Below, piece after piece: positions 8,562-18,704 of a stretch of 64,000 nucleotides of DNA. Under the pieces are notes generated by a model that worked only from the letters and a program-made list of their open reading frames with translations, had not been told where the DNA came from and ran no database searches. The stretch is from positions 22,148-86,147 of the forward strand of contig CAWJSK010000022.1 of the NCBI GenBank assembly GCA_963845535.1. Direction: 5' to 3'. The position numbers and the translations under genes were made by a program. Position 1 is the stretch's first letter, and every line of letters starts with the position of its first letter. This DNA is from an uncultured Spirochaetota bacterium (GTDB lineage Bacteria; Spirochaetota; Spirochaetia; SZUA-6; Fen-1364).

Positions 8562-10978
8562 TCATCACCCGGTTGCGGGTCCATCCCTTCGGCTTTTTCT
8601 CGGACAAAGAGATCCGCTTCGAGCCCGGGCTCAACGTCGTCCTGGGACCGAACGAGGCCGGCAAGTCGACCCTGTTCTCAGCCATCCGCAGCTCCCTTCT
8701 TCGGGCGCGGCTGAAAAAGACGGAGTTCGACAGGCTCATGGCGCGGTTCCTTCCCGCGGAGGGCGGGGACGTGGCCCGGCTGGAGATGGAGTTCGTGACA
8801 CCATCCGGCCCCTGGGTGCTCAAACGCCAGTGGGGAGCTGACGCCAGATCCGAGCTTCTTCTGCCGGGCGGAGGGATTGTCGTCGACGACGAGGCCATCA
8901 AGGAAAAGCTCCAGGAAGCGCTTCCTGCCCGGCAGGGCACGTTCTGGAAAGTGCTCATGACCGGGCAGGCTGAGCTTGCGCGGACGCTGGAGTCTTTGCG
9001 GGCGGACGGAGGCGGGGCAGTCTCGGACCTGACCGACATGCTGCGGCGCACGGTGCTGGAAACCGGCGGCATTCCCGTTGACGCGTTTCGAACCCTCTTG
9101 AACGGCCATTTCAAGGAAAGCTTCAGCCACTGGGACAACGTTCATGACGGCCCGGAAGCGGGCCGAGGGATCGAACGGCCGTGGAAGAAGGAAGTGGGGG
9201 CAATACTCACCGCCTGGTATGCCCGGGAAAACCTCAGGGCCCGGCGGGACAGGGCAGCGGCGTATGAGGTTGCCTTGGACGCGGTGAACGGCAGGCTTCG
9301 GGAGGCAGAGCAAGCTGTGACCACGGCTGACACCTTCCTTTCGGCCAACCGCAAGGCTGAGCAGGACGCGCGGAACCGGCGGACGCTCGAGGCCCAGCGG
9401 GCCGCGCTTTCGCTGGAGCAGAGGGACTTTCACGCCGTGAGCCGCGAATGGCCCGTCGCGGAAGCGCGGGCCCGCGAGATCAAGGGCAAGCTGGAGGAGC
9501 TCGATCGGTGCCGCGCGCCTCTGGAGGCAGAGGTTGCGGAAGCCCGCGCCCAGGAAGAGGGCCGGGCCTTGCGCGAAAAGCATGAACGGGTGCAACGCCG
9601 AAAGGCGCAACTCCAGGAAGCGCGAGCGCGGGCGCTTGCCGCTCCGGCGCCTTCCCGCAAGGACTTGGAAGCCATCCGCGCGGCGGCGCATGCCGCTGCA
9701 ACGCTCAAGGCGGGGATCGAAGCGGGGAAGCTCACCATGCGGATCACGGGGCGGGCTGACGTCGAAATCGTGATCCAGGAGGATCTGGGTCCGCAGAAGA
9801 CCGTTCGCGTTCCCCAAGGGGAAAACGTGGAGCTGCGGGCCGCGGGCCGCATGCGCCTCGTCACTCCCAAGGCGGAGATCGAGGTGACTTCGGGGGACGC
9901 GGGCGCGCTGGCTGCCTCCCGGCAGGAGCAGGCCGCGCGGGAGGCTTTGCAGGCGCTCCTGGCGCGCGTCGGCGCGGCGCGTGTGGAAGAGGCTGAGGAG
10001 CGCGCCCGCGTCGGTGACGCTCATGCAGCCGCGGTCCGCGCGGCGGAGAACAACCTCACGGAGGAGCTGGGCGGCCAGACGGAGGAAGACCTGGGGGCGC
10101 GAGTGGCCGCGCTGGGTCCCGCCCGGCCCGCGCGGCCGCTTGCAGAGTGCAGCGCCGAGCTCGCGCGGCTTCAGGCGGAAAGCGAAGCCCTGCGCCGGGA
10201 GCTGAAGACCGTCTCGGCCCAGCTTTCGGGATGGGCGGAGCGCTTCGGCAGGATGGAGACGGTGGTGGATCGCCTGGCGGATTCGCGGCTTCGGGACCAG
10301 GAGATCTCCCGCGAGCTTGCCGCATGCGCGCCGCTTCCTGATGGGTTCGCGGACACCGGATCGTTTCTGAAAGCCTACGAGGCCGCCCGTGACGAGTCGA
10401 AGCGGAGCGGTGATGAAAAAGCGAAGTTCGCCGATGAAAAGCGCGACCTGGAAAAGAGCGCGCCCGAGCAATCATCCGAAGAGCTGACACGGACGCTTGC
10501 GCAGGCTGCGGATGATTTCGAGGTGGCGCTCGGCACCGGCCAGGCGCTCACGCGCATCAGCAATGTGACGGACGAGCTGCTGGGAAAAAGCGACACGGCG
10601 GTGATTGCCGGCATGCGCGCGGCCCTGGAGCCCCTGATCCAGGCCATGAGCGAAGGCCGTCACGCCGGGGTGGCCCTGGACGGGTCCCTTCCGCGCGGCC
10701 TCGCGAATGCACGTGGCCATGTTCTTGGATGGGAGCTGCTTTCCGGCGGCACCCGGGACATGCTTGCGCTGGCGTTGCGGCTCGCCATGGCAACCTTTTT
10801 CCTGAGGGAAACGGACGGGTTCCTCATGCTGGATGACCCGCTCTCAGAGATGGATCCCGAGCGCCAGAAGGCAGCCGCGGTGATCCTACGTTCCTTTGCG
10901 AAAGACAAGCAACTCGTTGTCTTTACGTGCCACCCCGCCAGCGCGGAAATGATGGGGGGAAACCTCATCCGCCTGTGA
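8558..10978 (+). CDS. SbcC/Rad50-like (YhaN-type) coiled-coil ATPase
   Basis: Walker A GPNEAGKST, long coiled coil, LSGG signature, LMLDD Walker B, FTCH; ATGA overlap with the upstream nuclease. Confidence 0.9.
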   Translation: MIITRLRVHPFGFFSDKEIRFEPGLNVVLGPNEAGKSTLFSAIRSSLLRARLKKTEFDRLMARFLPAEGGDVARLEMEFVTPSGPWVLKRQWGADARSELLLPGGGIVVDDEAIKEKLQEALPARQGTFWKVLMTGQAELARTLESLRADGGGAVSDLTDMLRRTVLETGGIPVDAFRTLLNGHFKESFSHWDNVHDGPEAGRGIERPWKKEVGAILTAWYARENLRARRDRAAAYEVALDAVNGRLREAEQAVTTADTFLSANRKAEQDARNRRTLEAQRAALSLEQRDFHAVSREWPVAEARAREIKGKLEELDRCRAPLEAEVAEARAQEEGRALREKHERVQRRKAQLQEARARALAAPAPSRKDLEAIRAAAHAAATLKAGIEAGKLTMRITGRADVEIVIQEDLGPQKTVRVPQGENVELRAAGRMRLVTPKAEIEVTSGDAGALAASRQEQAAREALQALLARVGAARVEEAEERARVGDAHAAAVRAAENNLTEELGGQTEEDLGARVAALGPARPARPLAECSAELARLQAESEALRRELKTVSAQLSGWAERFGRMETVVDRLADSRLRDQEISRELAACAPLPDGFADTGSFLKAYEAARDESKRSGDEKAKFADEKRDLEKSAPEQSSEELTRTLAQAADDFEVALGTGQALTRISNVTDELLGKSDTAVIAGMRAALEPLIQAMSEGRHAGVALDGSLPRGLANARGHVLGWELLSGGTRDMLALALRLAMATFFLRETDGFLMLDDPLSEMDPERQKAAAVILRSFAKDKQLVVFTCHPASAEMMGGNLIRL

Positions 10979-10994
10979 CGCCAGCCGGGACGTC

Positions 10995-11891
10995 CTATAC
11001 CCCACCGCCGGCAGAGTCCTGCGCGGGCGCATCCTTTCGGGCTTGCTCAAGGCAGCTTTCGAACTCCCCAAGGCGCACCGGCTCCCGCTTCCTGTTCTCG
11101 TTGAAGAGCCGCACCATTGAGGCGGCGTCCGCCGCGTTCTCGTCGATGATCCGCCGCATGAGCTGCTTGGATCCCACCATTTCCGGCGACAAGTCGAACC
11201 GCCTGGCGTAATACTCGCGCGCGTACCACAGGACGCGCGCCAGACGCCGCCCCTCGGGTTTGAGGCGGTGGTAGCCCGGGATGCGCGTATAGTTCGAGAA
11301 CGGGTCCCACGTTCGTACGGCGCTCTGTCTCTCCCAGTTCTTGCGAAGAAACTCCATCATGAGCTTCTTTTCGACCAGCTCCGCCAGGAGCTGGTCAGCA
11401 ATGTCAGGAAGACCAAGCACGTCGGACACCGCGTACTCCAGCAGATCGGGCTGAAGCGGACGGCGCATCCAGTTGGCTCTCTGGAACCTGTCTTTCGAGG
11501 AGCGCGATCGGCCCGTCGGAGAAAGAGCCGAGAGGCCGCCCGGCTTCTTCAGCAGTTGCGCGGCTATTGCCACGTCGAGGATGGGGGCCGGGCTGAGGCC
11601 GAGGTCATGGCGGAACGCAAGGAGGTCGTTTGCCGCGTCGTATATCACTTTCACCCAGGAGGAGTCCTGCAGGAGTGTCGCCAACGCCTCGCGGGAGGAG
11701 AGGGCCGGCACGTCGATCACCCACGCCCGCTTTCCGTCGAAAATCTGGATCAGCGAGACGCGGATCCCATAGGAGTGCAGGTTGTTTTCACCTTCGATGT
11801 CCACCGCGGCCCGTACGCAGCCCGTGTCCCGAAGCTGCGCGGCCAGGGAGGCCACACCGTCTTCTGTTTGAATGAGCTTGTAGTCACGCAT
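10995..11891 (-). CDS. ribonuclease D-like 3'-5' exonuclease
   Basis: AVDIEGE, SLIQI, D..F, DV.IAA.LL, Q.ANW..RPL...LLEYA..DV; HRDC-like C-terminus. Confidence 0.85.
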   Translation of the reverse strand: MRDYKLIQTEDGVASLAAQLRDTGCVRAAVDIEGENNLHSYGIRVSLIQIFDGKRAWVIDVPALSSREALATLLQDSSWVKVIYDAANDLLAFRHDLGLSPAPILDVAIAAQLLKKPGGLSALSPTGRSRSSKDRFQRANWMRRPLQPDLLEYAVSDVLGLPDIADQLLAELVEKKLMMEFLRKNWERQSAVRTWDPFSNYTRIPGYHRLKPEGRRLARVLWYAREYYARRFDLSPEMVGSKQLMRRIIDENAADAASMVRLFNENRKREPVRLGEFESCLEQARKDAPAQDSAGGGV

Positions 11892-12054
11892 TTGCTTCTC
11901 GGTAGTCCATTTCCTTCTGGCGCGTGAGTATAGACTCCTCATGCACTCGTCTCAAGTTACAGGCCTGACTTTCCTGGCTTTCAGGGTTGGCTTTCTGAGT
12001 CCTGCAAACGAAATGCAATACTCCCGAGTCTCTCGGAGGCCATGTTCTCTTTTG

Positions 12055-12083
12055 TTGCAATGTCACAAATTCGGTGATAAAAT
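12055..12083 (+). promoter_or_regulatory. sigma70 promoter TTGCAA-N17-TAAAAT with extended -10 TG
   Basis: Near-consensus hexamers about 30 bp upstream of ATG 12112. Confidence 0.7.
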
Positions 12084-12111
12084 GCGACGAAACGGGCAAA
12101 AGGAAAGAAAC

Positions 12112-13104
12112 ATGAAACTCGCTGCATTTTCGGTCCTCTACAAAACCAAACCTCTTGGCGAAGTCCTGGACATTTTCCGCGCCAAGGGCATACGCCATGT
12201 GGAGGTGGGAGCAGGCGGCTTTATCGGCAAAGAGCACTGTGACCCTGGGAAGCTTCTGACGGACAAGAAGGCCCGGGAGGCCTTCCAGGCGGAGTTCCTC
12301 CGCAGGGAAATGCAGATTGCGTGTCTCAGCTGCCACGGCAACCCGGTGCATCCCCAAAAGCATCTTGCGCAGACCTACCACCAGGATATCAAAGAGGCCG
12401 TTGACCTGGCGTCCCTGTTGAAGGTCGAGCGTATCGTGACGTTCTCCGGCTGCCCCGGCGACTGCGAGCAATCCCAGTATCCCAACTGGCCCGTCTCCCC
12501 TTTCCCCGAGGATTTCCAGACCGTGCTTGCCTGGCAGTGGGAGCAGAAGCTCCTCCCGTACTGGAAAGAGATGGGCAGGTACGCCGAGGACAAAGGGGTC
12601 AGGATCGCGCTGGAGATGCACGGGGGATACTCGGTGCATTCTCCCGCCACGGCCATCCGGATGCGCCGGGAAACCGGCAGCAAGGCCATCGGCGCCAACC
12701 TGGACCCGAGCCACATGTGGTGGCAGGGCATTGACCCCGCACAGGCCGCGCGGTTCCTCGGCAAGGAGGCCTGCCTCTCCTACTTCCACGCCAAGGACGC
12801 GGCCGTGGACACCAACTTTTCCTCGTACCACGGCCTGACGGACATGCAGAGCTTCGGGACCGTGTACGGACGGGCCTGGCAGTTCCGCACGGTCGGCTTC
12901 GGCCACGGCCTGAAGGAATGGGCGGACATTTTCAGCGCCCTTCGCTCCAGCGGGTATGACGAAATTGTGAGCATCGAGCATGAGGACTCGTACATGTCGG
13001 TGGAAGAGGGCCTGGACAAGGCCATTGCGAACCTCCGCCAGGTGATGATGTTCGAGCCAGGCTCGACGCCCAAGGCGTTTGCCATCGATCCGAGGTTCGC
13101 CTGA
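12112..13104 (+). CDS. sugar phosphate isomerase/epimerase (xylose-isomerase-like TIM barrel)
   Basis: LSCHGNPVHP, FSGCPG, ALEMH, NLDPSH, FHAKD, SIEHED. Confidence 0.9.
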   Translation: MKLAAFSVLYKTKPLGEVLDIFRAKGIRHVEVGAGGFIGKEHCDPGKLLTDKKAREAFQAEFLRREMQIACLSCHGNPVHPQKHLAQTYHQDIKEAVDLASLLKVERIVTFSGCPGDCEQSQYPNWPVSPFPEDFQTVLAWQWEQKLLPYWKEMGRYAEDKGVRIALEMHGGYSVHSPATAIRMRRETGSKAIGANLDPSHMWWQGIDPAQAARFLGKEACLSYFHAKDAAVDTNFSSYHGLTDMQSFGTVYGRAWQFRTVGFGHGLKEWADIFSALRSSGYDEIVSIEHEDSYMSVEEGLDKAIANLRQVMMFEPGSTPKAFAIDPRFA

Positions 13105-13129
13105 TGCGATTGTCGGACGGGGACCGCGC

Positions 13130-14065
13130 ATGATCAACACCCTCACGCTGAACCCCGCAATCGACAAAGTCATCTACCTTGATACCCTGGAGAAGAACCA
13201 CACCAACCGGGTGGAGAACACCGCCGAGGTCATCGGCGGCAAAGGCACGCACGTCTCGATCAACCTCAAGCTTCTCGGGACCGCGAGCCGGGCGTTCGGG
13301 ATCTGCCATGGCCGTTCCGGCAGGCGGATCATGGGCTACCTGGAGGACTATGGCCTGGAGGTTGCCTTCATCCACAAGAACGGCGCGGAGAGCAGGACCA
13401 ACTATCTCCTGGTGGAGCGCGACAACGACTGCACCATCATTGCTGAAAAAGGCGTCCCGCTCAGGGACGCGGAGATTGCGGAGCTCATCACAAGCCTCAA
13501 GGCGGGCACGAAGGTCGGGGACGACCTCGTGCTTTCCGGTGACGCGGGCAACTGCGCAAACCCGTTCGTCTACAACGAAATCCTGGAGGAGCTGCGGGAC
13601 AGGAAGCTTCGCGTCTTTGTGGACACGAGCGGCCCCGCCCTGGCCCGGTGCGTCCAAGGCGCTCCGTTTCTCATCAAGCCGAACCTCCGCGAGCTTTCGG
13701 CTCTGTGCAGAAGAGAGGTGAGCGCTCGGGATGAGGATGTGCTGCGCGCCCTGGCATCCCTGGAAGGGTCGGGCATCCAGATCATTGCAGTGTCCCTCGG
13801 AAGCGCCGGATCCATACTCGCGTGCCCACAGGGAGTGTTCAAGGCCGTCCCTCCAAACGTGCGGACTCACAACACCATCGGCTGCGGGGATTGCTATCTG
13901 GCTGGGCTCGTGCACGGGATCAGCGAAGGAAAGCCCATCGAGGAGATTCTGCGGACGGCAACTGCCGCCTCGGCGGCTACTGCCGAGTCATCGCTTTCCG
14001 TCGGCTTCGACCCTCTGCGGGCGCGCGAGCTTCTGGGGGCGTGCGATGTGCGCAGGATCAGCTGA
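13130..14065 (+). CDS. 1-phosphofructokinase/tagatose-6-phosphate kinase family hexose kinase
   Basis: TLTLNPAID, GGKG.HVS, ESRTN, IKPN..EL, NTIGCGD. Confidence 0.9.
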   Translation: MINTLTLNPAIDKVIYLDTLEKNHTNRVENTAEVIGGKGTHVSINLKLLGTASRAFGICHGRSGRRIMGYLEDYGLEVAFIHKNGAESRTNYLLVERDNDCTIIAEKGVPLRDAEIAELITSLKAGTKVGDDLVLSGDAGNCANPFVYNEILEELRDRKLRVFVDTSGPALARCVQGAPFLIKPNLRELSALCRREVSARDEDVLRALASLEGSGIQIIAVSLGSAGSILACPQGVFKAVPPNVRTHNTIGCGDCYLAGLVHGISEGKPIEEILRTATAASAATAESSLSVGFDPLRARELLGACDVRRIS

Positions 14066-14095
14066 CAGAAGGGCTTGTGAGGAGGACGGTCTGCA

Positions 14096-14701
14096 ATGAG
14101 GCATTTGTCATACCGGGAGATGCGTCGGGAGATGGTCACGGTTGCCAAAATGATGTGGGACAGAAGACTGACCAACGCAGCCGGCGGGAACTTCGCCGTG
14201 AAGGTGGCGCCGGACCGCATGCTGGTGAGCCCGTCGCTCATGTCAGAGCGCAAACACTGTGAGCTGGATGAGAGCGATCTCCTTCTCGTGGACTTCGACA
14301 TGAACGTTCTGGAAGGCACAGGAAAGCTCTCACGGGAGAGCTACATGCACAAGCTGATCCTGAGCAATTTCGACACCATCGGCTGCACCATCCACGCCCA
14401 TCCTTTCTGGTGCATGGTCTATGTAGTCCAGGCAAAACCGATCCCCAGCGTCTCCGAGGCCACCATGGGAAGGGGAGACGTCGGTTGTATCCCGTACACC
14501 AAGGCGTACACGAAGGAGCTGTCGGAGAACGTGTACCGCTACTTCGAGGAGCGCCGGGCGGTGGCGGAGAAGAAGCCCATCGGGTGCATCCTTCCCCTTC
14601 ATGGGGTGGTGGTCTCGGGGCCGGACATCTTCATGGCCTACAGCATGCTTGAACGCATCGAATGCGACGCCGTGTGCGGGCTATTCAAAAACATGATATA
14701 G
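14096..14701 (+). CDS. class II aldolase/adducin family protein
   Basis: GGNF, VSPS, SRE..MH, IHAHP, LHGVV. Confidence 0.88.
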   Translation: MRHLSYREMRREMVTVAKMMWDRRLTNAAGGNFAVKVAPDRMLVSPSLMSERKHCELDESDLLLVDFDMNVLEGTGKLSRESYMHKLILSNFDTIGCTIHAHPFWCMVYVVQAKPIPSVSEATMGRGDVGCIPYTKAYTKELSENVYRYFEERRAVAEKKPIGCILPLHGVVVSGPDIFMAYSMLERIECDAVCGLFKNMI

Positions 14702-14720
14702 CTCTGGAAGGGACTGCACG

Positions 14721-15500
14721 ATGCTTGGATTCGAACGAAAGGCGGAGATCGCAACTCTCCTCGAGCGCGCCGGCAGGGTGGAGGTGGCCTCGCTTTCGGA
14801 GCGCTTCGATGTCTGCAAGGAAACGATCCGGCGCGACCTGCGCGAGCTGGAGAGGGAAGGGATCATCAGGCGAACCCACGGAGGGGCCGTCCTGGACCAG
14901 GGGGCTTCCCGAGCGTCGGCGGAGTTTCCGGTGGGCGTCCGGGAGATCCAGCGCCAGGAGGAGAAGATCCGCATATGCCGCCGGGCGGCAACCATGATCC
15001 AGGATGGGGACACCGTATTCATGGACAACAGCTCCACGACGCTCTACCTGCTGCGCGCCATTGCGCGTGACCTCAAGGTCAGCATCATCACGAACTCCCT
15101 GAAGCTGCTCCTCGAGGCGGTGCGCATAGGGAATCCGAATCTCCAGTTCATCTGCCTGGGAGGCGAGCTCAAGGAAAGCAACATGTCCTTCTCCGGGGCA
15201 ATCCCGCAGCGGATTGCCCGGGACTATTTCCCCACCATGGCGTTCATGTCCTGCACGAGCATCAACGAGGAACAGAAGCTCGCCGACTCCAGCGCCGCTG
15301 AGGTGGATACCAAGCGGATGATGATCGAGCGTTCCCAGAGCGTCGTGATCCTTGCCGACTACACGAAGTTCACGCGCCTGGGACAGGTGTTCCTGGCGGA
15401 TTTCGATTCGATAGGCTTCATCGTAACGGACGAAAAGGCGGATCTTTCATCCCTCGAGTACTTGAGGAAATACAAGACGAAGCTGATCGTCGCGGAGTAG
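14721..15500 (+). CDS. DeoR/GlpR transcriptional regulator
   Basis: ETIRRDL..LE..G...RTHGGA, FMDNSST, ITNS, LADYTKF. Confidence 0.93.
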   Translation: MLGFERKAEIATLLERAGRVEVASLSERFDVCKETIRRDLRELEREGIIRRTHGGAVLDQGASRASAEFPVGVREIQRQEEKIRICRRAATMIQDGDTVFMDNSSTTLYLLRAIARDLKVSIITNSLKLLLEAVRIGNPNLQFICLGGELKESNMSFSGAIPQRIARDYFPTMAFMSCTSINEEQKLADSSAAEVDTKRMMIERSQSVVILADYTKFTRLGQVFLADFDSIGFIVTDEKADLSSLEYLRKYKTKLIVAE

Positions 15501-15544
15501 AGTTGGCGGCGGCTTCCCGCCCGCGTACATTGGAAGCGTCCGTC

Positions 15545-16570
15545 GTGAAGCGAAAGACACGTTTCTTCATTGTTGCAGCGGCTCTCATGGCAGCCGTCGG
15601 CCTTGCCGTAGGGACTTTCGGAAGCTCCGCGGACGGCACTCCGTCTTTCGCGCATCTGTTGTTTCGGGCGGCTCTCCTGCGCCGGTCCGCCGAGCGCATC
15701 GAGGCGGAGTCTCCCACGTATCTCACCCCGCCGCCGCTGTATACGGAGAGGGGCCTCGGCAGGCCGTGGCGTGTGGGGATCCAGGCGGGCCATTGGCAAA
15801 TCGATGCCTTGCCGGACGAGCTGGCACGGCTTCGGACCGACACGGGAGCAAGCTACGGAAACCTCCAGGAAGTCGACGTGAACCTCCGCATTGCCCGACG
15901 CATCGCGCTGGACTTGTCCCGGACGGGAGTAGAGGTGGACCTGCTGCCCGCAACGGTGCCCGCCGGCTATGACGCGGATGCCTTCGTGGCAATCCACGCG
16001 GATGGGGGAGGGCCGCGCGAACGAGGATTCAAAGTATCCGTTCCCTGGCGGGCTTCCCCCGCCTCCCGCCTCCTTCAAGGCGACATCGAGCGCGTCTATG
16101 GCGAGCTTTCCACGATCCCCCGGGACCGTTACGGCGTCACGTACAACATGCGCGGCTACTATGGTTTTAGCTGGTATCGATTTGCCCACGCCGTGGCGCC
16201 CTCGACTCCGTGCGCAATCATCGAGACGGGGTACCTCACCTCGCGGGCGGACCGCGAGGTCATTGTGAATGACCCGGATGCGGCGGCCGCGGCAATAGCG
16301 GCTGGAATCATGCTTTATCTGAGCGAGCGTCCGGGCCTGAGACCTGACGCGCTGGTTGCGCGCGTGTATCAGCCCATGATCGTCACCGCGGACGAGGCGG
16401 CTCTCAGGTCCTTTCCCGGTGACGCGGAACGTATCACCGCCGTGCTTCCGGCGGGCACGGTGGTGCGCCCCACGCACGTAGAAAACGGCTGGGTGGAGCT
16501 GATGCAGTGGGGGGACTTCAGGGTTTTCGGCTGGATGAAGCTGGCTGACCTGGGGGCGCCGGGCGGCTGA
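15545..16570 (+). CDS. N-acetylmuramoyl-L-alanine amidase (Amidase_3) with C-terminal SH3-like domain
   Basis: IQAGH, E...NL.IA, AIHAD, IIETGY; N-terminal hydrophobic anchor; C-terminal LR..P...ENGW...GW. Confidence 0.8.
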   Translation: MKRKTRFFIVAAALMAAVGLAVGTFGSSADGTPSFAHLLFRAALLRRSAERIEAESPTYLTPPPLYTERGLGRPWRVGIQAGHWQIDALPDELARLRTDTGASYGNLQEVDVNLRIARRIALDLSRTGVEVDLLPATVPAGYDADAFVAIHADGGGPRERGFKVSVPWRASPASRLLQGDIERVYGELSTIPRDRYGVTYNMRGYYGFSWYRFAHAVAPSTPCAIIETGYLTSRADREVIVNDPDAAAAAIAAGIMLYLSERPGLRPDALVARVYQPMIVTADEAALRSFPGDAERITAVLPAGTVVRPTHVENGWVELMQWGDFRVFGWMKLADLGAPGG

Positions 16571-16630
16571 GGCGCGTTTCCTTTGCCAGAGGGGCGATCC
16601 CGAGGGCAGAGATGCCGTGAGGTCCGGCAG

Positions 16631-18613
16631 TCACTTCTTCGCTTCGAGGACTTCCCGCAGTTTTCGGCGGAGCTGGGAGAGTTGGTAGGGCTTCTGGAGG
16701 AAGCCGGCCAGTCCCTTGCCGACGAACCGCTGCACGGCATCCTGCTCGTTGTATCCGCTGGAGAGAAGAACGGGGATGCGCGGATCGATCCTGTGGATCT
16801 CCCGGAAAGTCTCCTCTCCGTCCATGGCCGGCATGGTCAGGTCTACGATCACGCAGACGATGGCGTCCTTGTGTACGAGAAAGCTCGAAAGCGCCTGCTG
16901 GCCGTCCGCCGCAAGGATGGCCTGGAAGCCGAGGTGCGCCAGCATCTGGCCGCTCACCTTCCGCACGGTCTCCTCGTCATCCGCAATGAGGACGGTGCCG
17001 CTGCCGCGCCAGGCCCCCTCATGCGGCGGGTCTCCCTCCAGCGGCTGCGCCGGGGCGCTGCTGGCCGGGAAGAGCACCTTGATGGTGGTCCCCTTGCCCG
17101 GCTCGCTGTAGACCTTGATGGCCCCCTTGTGTCCCCGCACAATGCCGAGCACCGCGGAAAGGCCGAGCCCTCGACCGGTGAACTTCGTGGTGTAGAACGG
17201 CTCGAAAATCCGCTGCCGCGTGAGCTCATCCATGCCCACCCCGTCGTCCCCCACTTCCAGGCAGACGTACGGGCCTTCCGGAAGCTGCTCGTCGACGAAC
17301 GTGCCCGCCAGGTACGCCCGGTCGCAGCGCATGGTGCTCGTGGTGACCGAGATGACGCCGCCCGCCTCCCCAATGGCCTCCGACGCGTTGATGACGAGAT
17401 TCATCACCACCTGGCGGAGCTGGGCGACATCCGCCTCCACCGAGGGCATCCCTTCCCCCAGGCGGAGCCGAAGAGTGGCTTTCTTGGTGATGGAGACTTG
17501 GAGCATGTCTTCCATCTCCGTGATCACCTCGCTCATGTCGAGGTGGCGGATGACGAATCTGCCCTTGCCCGAATACGCAAGCATCTGACGGCACAGGTCG
17601 GCCGCCCGTCGGGCGGCGCGCTCGATCTCCTGGAGGCTCTCCCGGGCGGGGGAGACGGGGGACAGCCGCGTGTCGGCGAGGTCCGCATGCCCGAGGATGG
17701 CCATGAGGATGTTGTTGAAGTCATGGGCAATGCCGCCGGCCAGGACGCCCAGGCTCTCGAGCTTCTGCGTCTGCTGCATGCGGGCTTCCAGCCCCAGCCG
17801 CTCCGCCTCCGCGCGCTTGCGTTCGCTGACGTCCGAGGCAGTGAAGGTGACTCCGGCGGAAGGGTCCCCCGCAATGAGCGGGGCGGTGCTCAGGAGCACG
17901 TCGACCATCGCCCCGCCCTTGCGGAGCCAGCGCGTCTCGGTTGACGCGAAGCCGTCACGCGTTTCGTCGGCGCCAAGGTCGCGGCCGACCCTGTCGTATT
18001 CCTCGGCGTCTGCGTACAGCGTGCGCATGGGCAAGCCGATCAGCTCCACGCGCGAGTAGCCGGTCAGGTCGCACATGTGGTCGTTCGCCTCGCGGATGAC
18101 GCGGCTGACCGCGAGCCCGATCCCCACCGGCACCGTCTTGAAGATGCTCGTCAGCCGCTTCTCGCTGACGCTGAGAGCGTGCTGCATGCGCGCTCGTTCC
18201 GTCACCTCCCGAAACAGGAGCGCCACGCTGTTGGGAGCCGGCTGGAACGCGTGGATTTCGTAGGCCCCGGCGATCCGCTGATCCGCGTACGTGAGGTGGA
18301 CTTCCTCGAAAACCCCTCCCGACGCAGCCACCTTCGCGCATTCCTCTGCCACCCGGGAATCCGCAAGGACCGGGAAAGCTTCCTCGATGGGCTTTCCCGT
18401 GAGGAGCACCGTGTCCTCCCCGAGTATCCGGCTGGCCGCTTCGTTGCTCCACGTGAAGCGCAGCTTTCCGTCAGGCTCCAGGGAGTATCGATGGACCCCG
18501 AACGGGGCCCTGTCCATGAAAGTCTGGAATGCCGCCCGGCTTCGCGCAAGCTCTAATTCGAGCTCAGCGACCCGCCGGCGGGCTTCTTCGAGATCTTGTG
18601 CGGATTGTGGCAT
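16631..18613 (-). CDS. cytoplasmic PAS-PAS hybrid histidine kinase with receiver domain
   Basis: AGGIAHDFNN, NLVINA, D.G.GM, FYTTK..GRGLGL, receiver DDE...D..MP...KP. Confidence 0.95.
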   Translation of the reverse strand: MPQSAQDLEEARRRVAELELELARSRAAFQTFMDRAPFGVHRYSLEPDGKLRFTWSNEAASRILGEDTVLLTGKPIEEAFPVLADSRVAEECAKVAASGGVFEEVHLTYADQRIAGAYEIHAFQPAPNSVALLFREVTERARMQHALSVSEKRLTSIFKTVPVGIGLAVSRVIREANDHMCDLTGYSRVELIGLPMRTLYADAEEYDRVGRDLGADETRDGFASTETRWLRKGGAMVDVLLSTAPLIAGDPSAGVTFTASDVSERKRAEAERLGLEARMQQTQKLESLGVLAGGIAHDFNNILMAILGHADLADTRLSPVSPARESLQEIERAARRAADLCRQMLAYSGKGRFVIRHLDMSEVITEMEDMLQVSITKKATLRLRLGEGMPSVEADVAQLRQVVMNLVINASEAIGEAGGVISVTTSTMRCDRAYLAGTFVDEQLPEGPYVCLEVGDDGVGMDELTRQRIFEPFYTTKFTGRGLGLSAVLGIVRGHKGAIKVYSEPGKGTTIKVLFPASSAPAQPLEGDPPHEGAWRGSGTVLIADDEETVRKVSGQMLAHLGFQAILAADGQQALSSFLVHKDAIVCVIVDLTMPAMDGEETFREIHRIDPRIPVLLSSGYNEQDAVQRFVGKGLAGFLQKPYQLSQLRRKLREVLEAKK

Positions 18614-18704
18614 GATCTATCCACAGTATAGCCCGCGTTGTCAGGAAAGTCTGTTGCTGAAAGTCCGTTGCCGAGAGCAGCCTTCTGTTGCCGAGAATGC
18701 AGTC

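Noticed and set aside
8678..10471. Long antisense ORFs (597 aa here; also 16583-17944, 18757-20115, 33696-35000)
   Set aside because: Stop-poor shadows opposite well-supported genes, with no recognisable motifs
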